The notes: a model not told the origin generated them from the letters alone. A stretch of 64,000 nt of DNA from Desulfobulbaceae bacterium DB1 (GCA_001914235.1 MQUF01000009.1:11614-75613); one strand, 5' to 3'; shown: positions 8,595-20,459, counted from the first letter of the stretch. Translations and numbers: made by a program.

Positions 8595-10064
8595 TCACGT
8601 TTTTTTCACTGCCGGCCACGGTAGAAAGGGAATAAAAGCCATGGCCGGCAGTGAAAAGCAGAAGCTCAAGCCGAAGAAGACCCCGTATCCGCACCAGTCA
8701 ACCAGAAATCCGCTGAAAGAACCGGCATAAACGCCGGAAACGCTCATCAGCCCCGTGCCGATGGCATAATGGGCCGCCTTGAAATTTTCTTTGCACAGTC
8801 TCATCAGGAAGGTCATGAGCACCGCTGTTCCCATTCCCCCCGAAAGATAGTCAAAAGCGGCAACCAGGCAGGCGAGAAGGATGTCGGACGAAGAAAGAGC
8901 GGCCTGCGCCATCTCCATTTGTCCCTGGCCATCCCCGATCAGATGAAAAGCCAGCGCCATATAGGTTAAATTGGTCAGATTCTGGGCCAGCAAAAAAGGC
9001 CAGATCATTTTTTTTAAAGAATAGCGGGCAATAAACCATCCTCCGCCCATGGCGCCGATAATGGAGCACGGCAGTCCCACCGCCCCGGTGATCCAGCCGT
9101 AATGCCCCTTCAATCCCGCATCAATAAAGAATGGTCCGGCCATGGCGGACAGCATGAACTCACCGACGCGAATAAAGACGATAAAAAGGATGATGGTCGT
9201 GATTCTTTCCTGATCGATGAAGGAGATGAACGCCCTGCCGAAAATGGAGTCGGGTTTTTCCTTGATACGGGCCATCAGGCTGTTGCGCAGGGCAATGAGC
9301 ATCAGCAGGGAAAGTAGAAGAAGCACCCCGACCATATTGGCTAAAGGCAGGCTGCCCAGAAAAGCACGACTCCGGTCCATGAGAAGGATGGCGGCAAGAA
9401 GGACCAGGCCGAGAAGAAAGACGATGAGGTGCGGTACCGAAATAAGTTTTTTAATCAGTGCTTTTATCGGCTTTTTTTCATATTCGCAGGAAGGGAGAAA
9501 AAAGAGGTGGAAGAAAAAAAGCAGGGTAAGAAGAAAGGAAGACAAGCCGAAAGCCACGGGCCAGCCATTGCGGGCCCCCAGGGTAACAATAACGGCGCTG
9601 CCGAACATCATGGCAATCCGGTAGGCCATAACGCGGTATCCGACAAACCTTGCCTGTCCAGCCTGGTCAAGGGCCTCAAGATAGTAGCCGTCTATGGCGG
9701 TATCATGGGTTGAGGCGATAAAACTTGCCGCAAAAAAAAGCAAGGCGACAAAAGGCAGCGCCCAGCTTCGGCCGGCCGACAAGGTGATCAGACAAAAAAT
9801 GACGACAAGAATCCCTTGAGTGAGCAGGAGCCATTTTTTTTTTGTGCCGAAGAAATCAAGGTAGGGAGCCCAGAGAAATTTAAAGATCCACGCCAGGCCC
9901 AAAAGGGAGGTCAGCCCCGTTGCTTCAAGGCTGACACCGCTTGCCCGAAAAAAGAATGTGGAAATGGTCCTGATGAGGGAATAGGGGAATCCTTCGGCAA
10001 AATATGTAGTAAAGGCCCAGATGAAGGCCGGAGTTTGCCTGAAGCCGAATCTGTTTTTAGTCAC
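8595..10064 (-). CDS. ampG: AmpG-family MFS permease (muropeptide transporter-like)
   Basis: 489 aa and polytopic. The N-terminal motif FAEGFPYSL...[10 protein letters not shown] is typical of AmpG. Its start overlaps the dxs stop by 4 nt. Confidence 0.6.
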   Translation of the reverse strand: MTKNRFGFRQTPAFIWAFTTYFAEGFPYSLIRTISTFFFRASGVSLEATGLTSLLGLAWIFKFLWAPYLDFFGTKKKWLLLTQGILVVIFCLITLSAGRSWALPFVALLFFAASFIASTHDTAIDGYYLEALDQAGQARFVGYRVMAYRIAMMFGSAVIVTLGARNGWPVAFGLSSFLLTLLFFFHLFFLPSCEYEKKPIKALIKKLISVPHLIVFLLGLVLLAAILLMDRSRAFLGSLPLANMVGVLLLLSLLMLIALRNSLMARIKEKPDSIFGRAFISFIDQERITTIILFIVFIRVGEFMLSAMAGPFFIDAGLKGHYGWITGAVGLPCSIIGAMGGGWFIARYSLKKMIWPFLLAQNLTNLTYMALAFHLIGDGQGQMEMAQAALSSSDILLACLVAAFDYLSGGMGTAVLMTFLMRLCKENFKAAHYAIGTGLMSVSGVYAGSFSGFLVDWCGYGVFFGLSFCFSLPAMAFIPFLPWPAVKKT

Positions 10065-11947
10065 TTGCCGACAAGTTCTAAGGCGCTGTTGATAATGGCA
10101 GGTGTGTCTATTTTTACATTGTGGCGCAATACATCCTGGGGGCCGTGTTCGATGAATCGATCAGGAATGCCCAGAATTCGCACCGCAATGTTGTCAATTC
10201 CCTTTTTGGCAAAGAGCTCGAGCACGCCACTGCCGAAACCTCCCTTTTTGACATTGTCTTCAACGGTGATAACCTTGCCGGTTTTTTCCGCCCAGTGACA
10301 GATGAGATCAGCGTCCAGTGGGTTGACAAAGCGAGGATTGATGACTGCGGCACTGATGCCGATTTTGTGCAATCCTTCCGCCGCCGCCAATGCTGGATAA
10401 ACACGGTTGCCCACCGGCAGGAGCAGGACATCTTGACCTTCCCGCAGAAGTTCGCCTTTGCCGAAAGGTATTTTGGCGGGCTCAGCGGTTAAATCGACGC
10501 CTTCGCCGTTGCCGCGGCAGTAACGAACCGTGGTTGGACAAGGCATGAAAATGGCGGTGTGCAGCATGTGACGCAGTTCTTCTTCATCCTTGGGCGCCAT
10601 GATCACCATATTAGGGATCATGCGCAGAAAGGAGAGATCAAAGACCCCGTGATGGGTGGGGCCGTCATCACCGACAAGTCCGCCGCGGTCAATGGCAAAA
10701 GTAACCGGCAGGTTCGGCAGGCAGACGTCGTGTATCACTTGGTCAAGGGCGCGCTGCATGAAAGTAGAATAAATGGCCACCACCGGAAGAATTCCCTCGG
10801 TGGCAAGACCTGCGGCAAAGGTAACGGCATGTTGTTCGGCTATCCCGACATCAAAGAATCTGTCCGGAAATTTATCAGCGAATTTGCTCAGTCCCGTGCC
10901 GGCCGGCATGGCAGCTGTGATGGCGGCGATGCGCGGGTCTTTGTCGGCAATTTCCACCAGGGTGTCGCCAAAAACCCTGGTGTAGGTCGGAGCTGCGGAT
11001 TTTGCCGGCAACGGCTTACCGGTCTCAATGTCAAAGGGACCCACGCCGTGATAGGCGCCGGGGTTTTTTTCAGCAGGGCCATAGCCCTTTCCTTTGGTGG
11101 TTATGACATGAATCAGCACCGGGCCTTTGGTGAAATCGCGGACGTTGCGGAATGTGTCGAGTAAGTTTTCCAGTTTATGGCCGGGAATGGGGCCGATATA
11201 TTCAAATTTAAGTGCCTCGAACAGCATCCCCGGCGTAAAAAAGCTTTTCAGGCTTTCCTCGCTTTTTTTGAGCACCTGAAGGATATTCTCCCCGACATTG
11301 TGGAAATGTTTGAGAAACTGGCTCAGATCCTGTTTGGCACGAACCATGGCGCGACCGGTCAGTTTACGGCTGAGAAAACTGGAAAGCGCGCCGACGTTGG
11401 GGGAGATGGACATCTCGTTATCGTTAAGGATAACAATAAGATCTTTGTCCAGGTGGCCGGCCTGGTTTAATGCCTCAAATGCCATTCCGCCGGTCATGGA
11501 ACCGTCACCGATGACGGCGATGGTCTTGTTGGTTGTTCCCTTGAGGTGATTGGCTATGCTGATGCCGAGGCCTGCTGATATGGATGTGCTGCTGTGACCG
11601 GTGTTAAAGACGTCATATTCGCTTTCCTCCCGTTTGGGAAAGCCGCTGATGCCCTGATACTGGCGCAGGGTATGGAAGGATTCCCGGCGTCCGGTTATCA
11701 GCTTGTGGGCGTAAGCCTGATGACCGACATCCCATATCAGTTTGTCGTCCGGGGTATTGAATACATAATGGATAGCCAGGGTCAGTTCAACCACACCCAG
11801 GCAGGGAGCGAGATGACCGCCGACCCTGGATACGGTCTGAATGATTTCCCCGCGGATTTCCCGTGACAACCGGACGAGGTCTTCCTCGGCGAGCTTTCTC
11901 AGGTCAACCGGTGAATTTATTGTTGAGAGAATGGTTTGGTCATCCAT
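10061..11947 (-). CDS. dxs: 1-deoxy-D-xylulose-5-phosphate synthase
   Basis: 628 aa. Motifs [28 protein letters not shown] and the transketolase-like C-terminus. Confidence 0.95.
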   Translation of the reverse strand: MDDQTILSTINSPVDLRKLAEEDLVRLSREIRGEIIQTVSRVGGHLAPCLGVVELTLAIHYVFNTPDDKLIWDVGHQAYAHKLITGRRESFHTLRQYQGISGFPKREESEYDVFNTGHSSTSISAGLGISIANHLKGTTNKTIAVIGDGSMTGGMAFEALNQAGHLDKDLIVILNDNEMSISPNVGALSSFLSRKLTGRAMVRAKQDLSQFLKHFHNVGENILQVLKKSEESLKSFFTPGMLFEALKFEYIGPIPGHKLENLLDTFRNVRDFTKGPVLIHVITTKGKGYGPAEKNPGAYHGVGPFDIETGKPLPAKSAAPTYTRVFGDTLVEIADKDPRIAAITAAMPAGTGLSKFADKFPDRFFDVGIAEQHAVTFAAGLATEGILPVVAIYSTFMQRALDQVIHDVCLPNLPVTFAIDRGGLVGDDGPTHHGVFDLSFLRMIPNMVIMAPKDEEELRHMLHTAIFMPCPTTVRYCRGNGEGVDLTAEPAKIPFGKGELLREGQDVLLLPVGNRVYPALAAAEGLHKIGISAAVINPRFVNPLDADLICHWAEKTGKVITVEDNVKKGGFGSGVLELFAKKGIDNIAVRILGIPDRFIEHGPQDVLRHNVKIDTPAIINSALELVGK

Positions 11948-12834
11948 TATTTTTTTCTATTATAAATATACCGTGCCAGTTCACGGAGAGGTTCCGCCTC
12001 ATGGTCAAAGGAAGACAAGGCGGCAATTGCGCCGTCAACCGCCTCTCCGGCGAGCTTTCGTGTCTTTTCAACGCCAAAGAAGGAGGGATATGTCGCCTTG
12101 TTCTGTTCGGCATCAGATCCCGCCGCCTTGCCCAGCTGCGCGGTGGTCCCTTCCACGTTCAGAAGATCATCGACGATCTGGAAGGCAAGCCCGATCTGTT
12201 TACCATAAGAACTCAATGCAGCAAATTGTTGGTCGTCGGCCCGGCCGATGATGGCGCCGGTCTGCACGGAAGCGGTGATCAGCGCGCCGGTTTTACAGCT
12301 GTGCAGATACTGCAGGGTGGAAAAGGGAATTGATTTTCCTTCGGAATCCATGTCAAGGGCCTGACCACCCACCATTCCCAACGGACCTATGGCCCCGGCA
12401 ATGATATTGACAATGCGCAGTTGGTCATGGCTGGACAGGCTACCGGTGTCCGGTCGGGAAAGCAATTCAAAAGCAAAGGAAAGAAGCCCGTCACCGGCGA
12501 GAATGGCGCCGGCTTCGCCGTAAATCATGTGGTTTGTCGGTTTGCCGCGTCGCAGTTCGTCATTGTCCATGGCCGGCAGATCGTCATGGATCAGGGAATA
12601 GGTGTGAATGCATTCCAGGCTGCAGGCCAAGGTCAGATAGGGGGAAGGGTCGGTGTGCAGCGCTTCGCAAACCGCCAGGCAGAGAACCGGCCGGATCCGC
12701 TTTCCCCCGGCAAAAAGTGAATAGCGCATGGCCGTGATATGATCCCTCAGCAACCCTTCAGGTTGCAGCATAAACCGTGCGAGTCCCTGTTCAATCTGAA
12801 CTTTTTTTTCATGAAGATAGGTCGTGATGTTCAC
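11947..12834 (-). CDS. ispA: Farnesyl/geranyl diphosphate synthase (polyprenyl synthetase)
   Basis: 295 aa with a GTG start. Carries the first ([17 protein letters not shown]) and second (QIVDDLL) aspartate-rich motifs. Confidence 0.9.
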   Translation of the reverse strand: MNITTYLHEKKVQIEQGLARFMLQPEGLLRDHITAMRYSLFAGGKRIRPVLCLAVCEALHTDPSPYLTLACSLECIHTYSLIHDDLPAMDNDELRRGKPTNHMIYGEAGAILAGDGLLSFAFELLSRPDTGSLSSHDQLRIVNIIAGAIGPLGMVGGQALDMDSEGKSIPFSTLQYLHSCKTGALITASVQTGAIIGRADDQQFAALSSYGKQIGLAFQIVDDLLNVEGTTAQLGKAAGSDAEQNKATYPSFFGVEKTRKLAGEAVDGAIAALSSFDHEAEPLRELARYIYNRKK

Positions 12835-13080
12835 TTACAAACTCTCTTCGGACAGGTCGTTTTCAGGGTCAAAGGGAACACGGGTCAGTGCGTCGTTTTT
12901 GTTGAGCAGGATATCAATCTGTTTCTGGGATTCATCCAGCTTCTGATTGCAGAATTGCACAAGCTTCATACCTTCGTCGAATTTCTTCAGGGAACTGTCC
13001 AGGCTGAGTTCCCCCTCTTCAAGCTCTCTGGTGATTTCTTCCAAGCGAGTTAAAGCCGATTCGAAATTTTTTTTGGCCAT
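12835..13080 (-). CDS. xseB: Exodeoxyribonuclease VII small subunit
   Basis: 81 aa. Motif FESALTRLEEITRELEEGELSLDSSLKKFDEG. Conserved xseB-ispA-dxs order. Confidence 0.9.
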   Translation of the reverse strand: MAKKNFESALTRLEEITRELEEGELSLDSSLKKFDEGMKLVQFCNQKLDESQKQIDILLNKNDALTRVPFDPENDLSEESL

Positions 13081-13308
13081 GGTCTGATGAACGTGGTATT
13101 TAAGCTGAATTCATGACAGAAGAGAGACGGTCTTGGAAAGAGTCACAAGGCTGACCATCCGTCTCTGAAATATAATGTATATAAACACTTGCCGGCGTTG
13201 GTTCCGTTTTTCAGATGGAACCCCGACGAGTGATCACGGCGCAAGCTGAAAAAATCGCAAACCGCACGAAACTGTTATATTTAACACCCTTGAGTGTAGA
13301 ACGCAAGA

Positions 13309-14247
13309 ATGACCGACACCTTTCAAAAAAAAGCCGGCCCGGGAGGCCAACTTCTTCCTCTTTTTGTCGAGTGGCTGAAAGTGGAGAAGGGCTATTCTCC
13401 ACACACCGTTACCAATTACCAAAGGGATATTGAAGAGTTTTTTTCATTTGCCCCGGAAGGAGTCAATGCCGTTGCCCCTGACCCCCAATTCGTCCGCTCT
13501 TTTGTCTATCATCTCAATGCCCGGTGCAAATCGTCTTCGGTGGCGAGAAAACTCTCGGCCCTGCGGACTTTTTTTCGCTTTCTGATCAGGGAAAATCATG
13601 TCGCGAGCGATCCTTTTGCCAATGTCTCCATGCCGAAACAGGGGCGCTATATTCCTGTTTTTTTGACGGTTGACGAAGTTTTTACCCTGCTGGAAGAACC
13701 CGGCCGCCGTGACCCGTTTTTTCTGCGGGACCGGGCTATCCTTGAGCTGCTCTACTCCACCGGAATCCGGGTTTCGGAACTCGCCGGATTAAATGTCGAC
13801 AGGGTTGATTTTTATGGGGGAATGGTTAGGGTAAGGGGCAAGGGAAACAAGGAAAGGCTGGTTCCCATGGGAGAGCCGGCAAGCGACATGCTTCAGTCCT
13901 ATCTGCCGGAACGACTGCAGCTTCTTGCCGAGCGGCGAAAACGCGGCAGTAAAACCGACGAAAATCCTCTTTTTTTAAACAGCAGGGGAGGGCGGCTTAC
14001 CACGAGAAGCGTGGAACGGCTGGTCAGTTTTTATGCCGCCCGTGCCGGCATAGCGGCCCAGGTCACGCCTCACGCCCTGCGTCATTCATTTGCCACCCAT
14101 CTCCTGGAAATGGGGGCTGATCTGCGCGCCGTGCAGGAACTTTTAGGCCATGCGAGCCTTTCCACCACCCAGAAGTATACCCATTTAAACGTGGATCATC
14201 TCATGCAGGTTTATGATGCGGCGCATCCAAAGGCAAAACGCGGATGA
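13309..14247 (+). CDS. xerC: Tyrosine recombinase XerC
   Basis: 312 aa. Shows the R..HxxR..Y catalytic pattern (HALRHSFATHLL, LGHASLSTTQKYTH). Lies directly upstream of hslVU, as in the codV-clpQ-clpY arrangement. Confidence 0.8.
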   Translation: MTDTFQKKAGPGGQLLPLFVEWLKVEKGYSPHTVTNYQRDIEEFFSFAPEGVNAVAPDPQFVRSFVYHLNARCKSSSVARKLSALRTFFRFLIRENHVASDPFANVSMPKQGRYIPVFLTVDEVFTLLEEPGRRDPFFLRDRAILELLYSTGIRVSELAGLNVDRVDFYGGMVRVRGKGNKERLVPMGEPASDMLQSYLPERLQLLAERRKRGSKTDENPLFLNSRGGRLTTRSVERLVSFYAARAGIAAQVTPHALRHSFATHLLEMGADLRAVQELLGHASLSTTQKYTHLNVDHLMQVYDAAHPKAKRG

Positions 14248-14350
14248 ATTTTATTCATAAGGCCGGGACACGAACCTGCAAATCGAATGGTTCTTTTTTT
14301 GACGGCCCCTGACTTTTTACGAAGCTATCAATAATTACGGAAAAATAAAT

Positions 14351-14896
14351 ATGGAAAATGAAAAACCGGTTATTCGATCAACCACCATCATCTGTGTCCG
14401 CCACAAGGGCGACGTCGTCATGGCCGGCGACGGACAGGTGTCGCTCGGCAATACCATCATGAAGCATCAGGCCAAAAAGGTGCGACGTCTGTATCAGAAC
14501 AAGGTGATTACCGGATTTGCCGGGTCAACCGCCGATGCCTTTACCCTTTTTGACCGGCTTGAACAGAAACTGGAACAGTTCAACGGCAACCTCACCCGCG
14601 CCGCGGTCGAACTGGCCAAGGACTGGCGCACGGATAAGATGCTGAGAAGGCTTGAGGCGATGCTTATTGCCGCCGACAAGGAGAATTCCTTTATCCTGAG
14701 TGGCATGGGGGACGTGATTGAATCGGATGACGGCATTCTGGCCATCGGTTCAGGCGGCCCTTTTGCACAGGCCGCAGCCAAGGCACTGATCAATCACAGT
14801 GGTCTCGATGCCGAACAGATCTGCCGGGCAGCCATGGAGATTGCCGGTCAGATCTGCGTTTATACCAATACTAATATAGTCGTGGAAAAAATATGA
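14351..14896 (+). CDS. hslV: ATP-dependent protease subunit HslV
   Basis: 181 aa. N-terminal TTI catalytic threonine region and [14 protein letters not shown]. Confidence 0.95.
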   Translation: MENEKPVIRSTTIICVRHKGDVVMAGDGQVSLGNTIMKHQAKKVRRLYQNKVITGFAGSTADAFTLFDRLEQKLEQFNGNLTRAAVELAKDWRTDKMLRRLEAMLIAADKENSFILSGMGDVIESDDGILAIGSGGPFAQAAAKALINHSGLDAEQICRAAMEIAGQICVYTNTNIVVEKI

Positions 14897-16278
14897 CATC
14901 ACTGCAATCGTTAACCCCCAAGGAAATTGTCACCAAACTCGATCAGTACATCATCGGTCAGCAGGATGCCAAGCGTTTTGTCGCCGTTGCCCTGCGTAAT
15001 CGCTGGCGTCGGCAGCAGGTCGAGCCGCCCCTGCGCGATGAAATCGCCCCCAAAAACATCATCATGATCGGCCCCACCGGTGTCGGCAAAACAGAAATTG
15101 CCAGAAGACTCGCCAATCTGGCCCAATCGCCTTTTTTGAAGATCGAGGCGTCAAAGTTCACCGAAGTCGGTTATGTGGGACGCGATGTGGAATCCATGAT
15201 TCGCGATCTCACGCAGCTTGCCGTCAACATGGTCAAAGAGGAGGAAACGGCTAAGGTCAAGGAAAAGGCTTTGGTCATGGCCGAGGAACGACTGCTGGAC
15301 CTGCTGGTTCCCCCCTCTCCCTCTTCATTCACGAAGTCGCTGGAGCTTCCGCCCTCCGGTCAGACAGCGCCTTCTTCTTCCCCGGAGAGCACCAGGGAAA
15401 AATTTCGTTGCATGCTGCGTGAAGGCAAACTTGAGGAAAAAGTTGTCGAGATGACCGTTGACCAGGCGCAGAGCCTGCCCATTGTCGAGATTTTCAGCAA
15501 CAGCGGCATGGGAGGCATGGACGACATGGGGTCAAGCATGAAGGACATTTTCGGCAAGATGTTTCCCGGAAAACGACAGAAACTGAAGCTGAAAGTCGGC
15601 GAAGCACGGCTGATTCTTGAAAAGGAAGAGGCGGAAAAGCTGATTGAGATGGACAAGGTTACCCGTCTTGCCGTTCAGCGCACGGAACAGACCGGTATCA
15701 TTTTTCTCGATGAAATCGACAAGATCGCCTCCCGATCGGGTGCGGTTCAGTCGGCGGAGGTCTCCCGGGAAGGAGTGCAGCGCGACCTGCTGCCCATTGT
15801 CGAGGGCGCCACGGTTTCCACCAAATACGGCATGGTGAAAACCGACCATATCCTTTTTATCGCAAGCGGGGCCTTCCATCTCTGCAAACCTTCCGACCTG
15901 GTGCCTGAACTCCAGGGCCGTTTTCCCATTCGGGTTGAGTTGGACCCCCTGGGAGAAGAGGAATTTTTCCGGATCCTGACTGAACCGCAAAACGCCCTTA
16001 TCAAACAGTATATCGCTCTCATGGCAACCGAGGGGATTGAATTGTCATTTGAGCAGGACGCCATTCGCGAGATGGCGAGAATTGCCGCCGCAGTCAATTT
16101 GAAAACGGAAAATATCGGCGCCCGCAGGCTTCATACCATCATGGAACGGCTGCTGGAGGAGCTTTCCTTTCACGCACCCGACATGCAAGGACAGCAATTC
16201 ACTGTTACCGCCGACTATGTCAAAAAACAGCTCGCTGAAATTGCCGGCAATGAGGATTTGAGCAGATATATTCTGTAA
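14893..16278 (+). CDS. hslU: ATP-dependent protease ATPase subunit HslU
   Basis: 461 aa. Walker [16 protein letters not shown] and FLDEIDKI. Has a 4-nt overlap with hslV. Confidence 0.95.
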   Translation: MTSLQSLTPKEIVTKLDQYIIGQQDAKRFVAVALRNRWRRQQVEPPLRDEIAPKNIIMIGPTGVGKTEIARRLANLAQSPFLKIEASKFTEVGYVGRDVESMIRDLTQLAVNMVKEEETAKVKEKALVMAEERLLDLLVPPSPSSFTKSLELPPSGQTAPSSSPESTREKFRCMLREGKLEEKVVEMTVDQAQSLPIVEIFSNSGMGGMDDMGSSMKDIFGKMFPGKRQKLKLKVGEARLILEKEEAEKLIEMDKVTRLAVQRTEQTGIIFLDEIDKIASRSGAVQSAEVSREGVQRDLLPIVEGATVSTKYGMVKTDHILFIASGAFHLCKPSDLVPELQGRFPIRVELDPLGEEEFFRILTEPQNALIKQYIALMATEGIELSFEQDAIREMARIAAAVNLKTENIGARRLHTIMERLLEELSFHAPDMQGQQFTVTADYVKKQLAEIAGNEDLSRYIL

Positions 16279-16364
16279 AATATTGAAAAGCCGTTTCCGC
16301 ATGCGGATGACGGGAGTATTTTATTGCAACGGTCTGGCAAGAAAAAATATATGGAGCGTGACGC

Positions 16365-16892
16365 ATGATTGATCCGGAACTCAAATACTGTCCCCGCTGT
16401 AAAGACGAATACCGGGCTGAAATAACACTCTGCGCTGATTGCGGAGTAGCCCTTTTGAGCGGCAAAGAGATGATGGAAAAGTCAAAAGATTCGTTGGCCC
16501 GGAAAAACGGCCGTCAAAAGGAGATCACGCCGGAAGACGACCTTGTCTCCATTCACAAGGCGGACATGAAGGAAGTCAAAATTCTCGAAAAAGAGCTGCA
16601 AAAGGAAAATATTGCCGTGCTCATTGCCGGGGAGGGAGGAGGAAATTCCTGCGGCAAGGGATGCTGCGGTTCGTCCTCCTTTTACCTTCAGGTACACCGG
16701 GGAGATGCTCGTGACGCCTTTGCGGTCGTTCAGGCGTACATCGACAGAACCACGGCCATCAGCCATCATGACCTGTCCCATTGCGACTCTGTCTTTAATC
16801 CGGAGGAAAAACAGGCGGTCTGTCCGGCCTGCGGGTTCAAGTTCCAGACATCGGCGGCGATTTGCCCTGATTGCGGCCTTTGTTTCGGATAA
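16365..16892 (+). CDS. Hypothetical protein with zinc-ribbon motifs at both termini
   Basis: CPRC..x12..CADC at the N-terminus and CPAC..x12..CPDC at the C-terminus. The central region contains CGKGCCG. Confidence 0.6.
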   Translation: MIDPELKYCPRCKDEYRAEITLCADCGVALLSGKEMMEKSKDSLARKNGRQKEITPEDDLVSIHKADMKEVKILEKELQKENIAVLIAGEGGGNSCGKGCCGSSSFYLQVHRGDARDAFAVVQAYIDRTTAISHHDLSHCDSVFNPEEKQAVCPACGFKFQTSAAICPDCGLCFG

Positions 16893-16949
16893 CCGCCGGG
16901 GCGAAAAATTGTAACTGCGGACATCCCTGAAAAAAAGACGGCTTTTGTT

Positions 16950-17864
16950 TTATTCCGGTTCGCCGGGAGAAGATGTTTTTTTCTTTTTCAGGGTCGCCTT
17001 GAAGCCGGCAACCAGATCAAGCAGTTCCGAGGTAATGGTGGACTGGCGCTTGATACGGTATTCTCCCCGCAGTTCCTCAATGTGCTCCTCGATGTTTTTT
17101 TCCGCATTCTGCAAAGATCTCAGGCGGCTTGCCTGTTCGCTGGCCAGGGACTCCGCCTGGACGCTGTAGAGGGTGGTGAACAGATACTGGCGGATGAGGC
17201 CGGAAAAAAGCTGGTCAGCCGGGATACGGAAGCAGGGAAGGGAACGTCCCGGCCATTTGCGTTTGCCCAGCTCCCGCATGCGTTCATTATCAAGCGGCAG
17301 AAGAGGACGACGGCTGGGTTCCGAGGCGGTCAGTTTGTCGTAGCGGTTGTAAAAAATATCCACCTGGAAAATCCTCTCTTCCTTCAGCCATCGTTCCATG
17401 CTGAGCAGTACCTGATAGACGGTGGTGTTGATGCCGTTCACCGAACCCGGTACCCAGAAGACCTCCTCGATGGCGTAACCCGCCGCTTCGAGCCGGGCGC
17501 CGATCCGGGCGCCGATGACGAGCAGTTTGACCGAGGCGTGATCGTTTATTTCCATTTTTTCAAGGTTGCCGGCGAGAAAATCCGCCAGCCGTTCATTGAA
17601 CCTGCCGCAGAGGCCCTGGTCGGAGCCGAAGATGATCAGTCCCCGCGGCCCTGGATTGGCTGGATGTTGCCTGGGCAGGGTCTGTTCCTTCAGGGCGGTC
17701 TGCAGGCCGAGCTCAATGACCTCGATAAATGTTTTCAGGGAAGTCAGGGAGCGTTCATACTGACGGATATTGACCGCGGAAAGGGTTTTCATGCTTTTGA
17801 CGATGCCCTGCAGCTTGGCGGTGGTGGTGATTCGTTTGTCGAGGGTCTGGAGAGTTTCCATCAC
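16950..17864 (-). CDS. atpG: N-ATPase (alternative F-type) gamma subunit
   Basis: 304 aa and the last gene of the atpDCQRBEFAG array. Has a 4-nt overlap with atpA. The gamma-like C-terminus reads ITSELLDLV. Confidence 0.85.
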   Translation of the reverse strand: MMETLQTLDKRITTTAKLQGIVKSMKTLSAVNIRQYERSLTSLKTFIEVIELGLQTALKEQTLPRQHPANPGPRGLIIFGSDQGLCGRFNERLADFLAGNLEKMEINDHASVKLLVIGARIGARLEAAGYAIEEVFWVPGSVNGINTTVYQVLLSMERWLKEERIFQVDIFYNRYDKLTASEPSRRPLLPLDNERMRELGKRKWPGRSLPCFRIPADQLFSGLIRQYLFTTLYSVQAESLASEQASRLRSLQNAEKNIEEHIEELRGEYRIKRQSTITSELLDLVAGFKATLKKKKTSSPGEPE

Positions 17865-19381
17865 GAATCTTTTTTCTTTTTATCCGACAGGGCCTGCCTG
17901 CAGGTTTGCAGCAGCTCCATTGTGTCATTCGCCGTCAATTTTTCTCCTTTGCTGATTTTTTCGCAGATGTGGGGAAGTCGGCGGGAAACGGCCGCACTCA
18001 TCGCCGACTCTGCTTCCTTGATCTCTTTGATGTCAAGCGCATCAAGGAGTCCCTCGGTCAGCGCCGTCATGATCGCCACCTGCTCATAATCCTTGAGGGC
18101 CGCGTATCTGTTCTGCTTCAGCACCTCTCTGACCCGTTTGCCTCGTTCGATGGCCTGCTTGGTGTTGTCATCAAGCCTCGTGGCGAAACGGGCAAAAGTT
18201 TCCAGCTCCTCAAATTGCGCGTAGGAAAGGCGAAGACTGCCCACCAGCTCACGGTAGGCGGCCTTTTGCGCCTTGCCGCCGACCCGGGATACCGATTTTC
18301 CGGCATCAACGGCGGGCAGGATACCTTTGGCAAAGAGATCGGGCGAGAGATAGATCTGTCCATCCGTGATGGAAATGATGTTGGTCGGGATGTAGGCGGA
18401 AAGATTCTGCGCCTCGGTTTCCACAATGGGCAGGGCGGTCATCGAGCCGCCGCCGTGTTCCGGTCTGAGATGGGTTGACCGTTCCAGCAGCCGGGAATGA
18501 ATATAGAAAATATCGCCGGGATACGCCTCCCTGCCGGGTGATCGTTCCAGCAGCAGGGAAAGTTCCCGGTAGGCTCGGGCATGGCGGGTGAGATCATCAT
18601 AAACGATGAGTACATCCTTGCCCTGTCGCATAAAGTATTCACCGATGGTGGTGGCGGCGTAGGGCGTGATGAACTGCAGGCCCGGCGCGTCCTGACCGCT
18701 GGAGGCGACAATCACCGTGTAGTGCATGGCTCCCTGTTCGCGCAGATCGTGCAACACTTTCGCCACCCCGGATTCCCGCTGGCCGATGGCGGCATAGATG
18801 CAGATGACATCCTTGTCCCGCTGATTGACGATGGCATCAAGGGCAATGGCGGTTTTGCCGGTCTGCCGGTCGCCGAGGATCAGTTGCCGCTGGCCCTTGC
18901 CGATGGGAATCAGCGCGTCCACCACTTTGATGCCGGTCTGCAAAGGGTCAGTTACCGGACTGCGCGCCATGATTGCCGGGGCCGGATGTTCAAGGGGGCT
19001 TTTCGCCAGATCCGGAAGGGGGTCCTTGTCGTCCAGGGGCCTGCCGGCGGCATCGATGACCCGGCCCAGCAGGGGGGTGCCGACGATGATGTCGGCCACC
19101 CGGCCGCGACGTCTGACTTCCTGGCCTGCCTTGAGCCGGTCCGAGCTGCCGAGCAGAATGATGCCGACTTTGTCCGGGTCAAGACTTGCGACAAGACCGA
19201 TGGTGCCGTCTTCCATCTCAACCAGCTCTTCCGATGTCACTCCGGCAAGTCCGTTTGCCATGGCAACCGGGCCGGTAATCGAGATAATTCGCCCAACGTC
19301 TTCGGCTGTCAGTGCAAAGGAGTGCGACGCAAGCGATTGGGTAAAAGCGCTATGTGTTTTTGTCAAGGATGCTTTCAGCAT
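17861..19381 (-). CDS. atpA: N-ATPase alpha subunit
   Basis: 506 aa. Walker A GDRQTGKT, with alpha-type motifs throughout. Confidence 0.95.
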   Translation of the reverse strand: MLKASLTKTHSAFTQSLASHSFALTAEDVGRIISITGPVAMANGLAGVTSEELVEMEDGTIGLVASLDPDKVGIILLGSSDRLKAGQEVRRRGRVADIIVGTPLLGRVIDAAGRPLDDKDPLPDLAKSPLEHPAPAIMARSPVTDPLQTGIKVVDALIPIGKGQRQLILGDRQTGKTAIALDAIVNQRDKDVICIYAAIGQRESGVAKVLHDLREQGAMHYTVIVASSGQDAPGLQFITPYAATTIGEYFMRQGKDVLIVYDDLTRHARAYRELSLLLERSPGREAYPGDIFYIHSRLLERSTHLRPEHGGGSMTALPIVETEAQNLSAYIPTNIISITDGQIYLSPDLFAKGILPAVDAGKSVSRVGGKAQKAAYRELVGSLRLSYAQFEELETFARFATRLDDNTKQAIERGKRVREVLKQNRYAALKDYEQVAIMTALTEGLLDALDIKEIKEAESAMSAAVSRRLPHICEKISKGEKLTANDTMELLQTCRQALSDKKKKDS

Positions 19382-19399
19382 AAGATGATCAATGGGGCT

Positions 19400-20170
19400 T
19401 TACCCCGCGTTTGCTCTTTCCAGTGAAGCGGCAAGTTTTTTTTCAAATTCCCGCAGATAGCCGCGCATGTCCCATTTGATTTTTTTTCCCCCTGCCTCGA
19501 CTTGAATGCCGGCCAGCAGTGCAGGGTCAATGACAAATTCTTTCTGCGCGGGTGCACCCCAGAGGGCATCAAGCCTTTTTTTCAGTTCTTCCCGCGTTTC
19601 AGGAGAAAAGGGAAAAGCGCTTGTGACGATTACGGGCATGCCGAGTTTTACCAGATCGTGGGAGATTTTTTCGTTTTCGGCCGCGGGAATTTTATCAAGT
19701 TCACGGCTAAAAACACTGAGTATCCGCTGCTCCAGGTCTTCATTCGCCAAATCCCGCAGGGCCTTGCCGGCAAGCTGGTGGAAATATTTTGTCACCAGGC
19801 GGCTTGTTTCCAGGAGAAATGTTTCCTTTTCCTGTTCAACTGCCGCATGCCATTGGGATCTGCTTTTCTCGACTTCCAGCCGAACAGACTCGATCAGCTC
19901 ATTTCTGAAGTTGTCAGCTTCTTCCCTGGCCCGCCGCATTTCCCGGGGAACTGAATCATGCAGCTTTTGTTGCAATTCTTGGTATTTTTCTTTCTCGGCC
20001 TGAGCTTCCGCGGACCTGTTTTGCGCCTCGTCAAGTCTGGCGGCAATGGTGTCTTCCCGTTTTTGCATTGCCTGCACAACCGGTTTGTAGAGGACTTTTT
20101 TCAACAACCAGACCAGAATGAGAAAATTAATGATCTGGGCGGCAAATGTGAACCAGTCGATTTTCATCAA
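19400..20170 (-). CDS. atpF: N-ATPase b subunit, extended (256 aa) with a delta/OSCP-like C-terminal region
   Basis: N-terminal TM helix followed by a long charged coiled coil (b-like). The C-terminal part, VIVTSAFPFSPETREELKKRLDALWG...VIDPALLAGIQVEAGGKKIKWDMRGYL, resembles the delta-subunit C-domain. Confidence 0.8.
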   Translation of the reverse strand: MMKIDWFTFAAQIINFLILVWLLKKVLYKPVVQAMQKREDTIAARLDEAQNRSAEAQAEKEKYQELQQKLHDSVPREMRRAREEADNFRNELIESVRLEVEKSRSQWHAAVEQEKETFLLETSRLVTKYFHQLAGKALRDLANEDLEQRILSVFSRELDKIPAAENEKISHDLVKLGMPVIVTSAFPFSPETREELKKRLDALWGAPAQKEFVIDPALLAGIQVEAGGKKIKWDMRGYLREFEKKLAASLERANAG

Positions 20171-20449
20171 TTATCCGCCGGCCTGTTTGATTGCATAGTC
20201 CCAGAAGGGATTGGCAAAAAGAAGAAGCATGGCGACGACAAAGGCGTAAATGCCGGTTGATTCAATCATGGCCATGGAGACAAACAGGGTGCGGGTAATG
20301 GCCCCTGACTCATCAGGCTGCTGGGCGAGCGAGCGCAGGGCAGCGGCAGCGGCCATGCCCTCGCCGATAGCCGGACCGATGGCGCCGAGTCCCATGCAGA
20401 GTCCGGCGCCGAGTACCGACATCATGCCGATTAATGGTATTGTTTCCAT
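20171..20449 (-). CDS. atpE: N-ATPase c subunit (proteolipid)
   Basis: 92 aa helical hairpin with loop QQPDE. The second helix carries the IESTGIY motif, and helix 1 carries GPAIGEG. Confidence 0.95.
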   Translation of the reverse strand: METIPLIGMMSVLGAGLCMGLGAIGPAIGEGMAAAAALRSLAQQPDESGAITRTLFVSMAMIESTGIYAFVVAMLLLFANPFWDYAIKQAGG

Positions 20450-20459
20450 ATTTTTCCCC

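Noticed and set aside
13309-14247. A tyrosine recombinase, considered as a marker of an integrated mobile element.
   Set aside because: It sits in the conserved xerC-hslV-hslU housekeeping arrangement with no flanking att-like repeats or cargo. I interpret it as chromosomal XerC.
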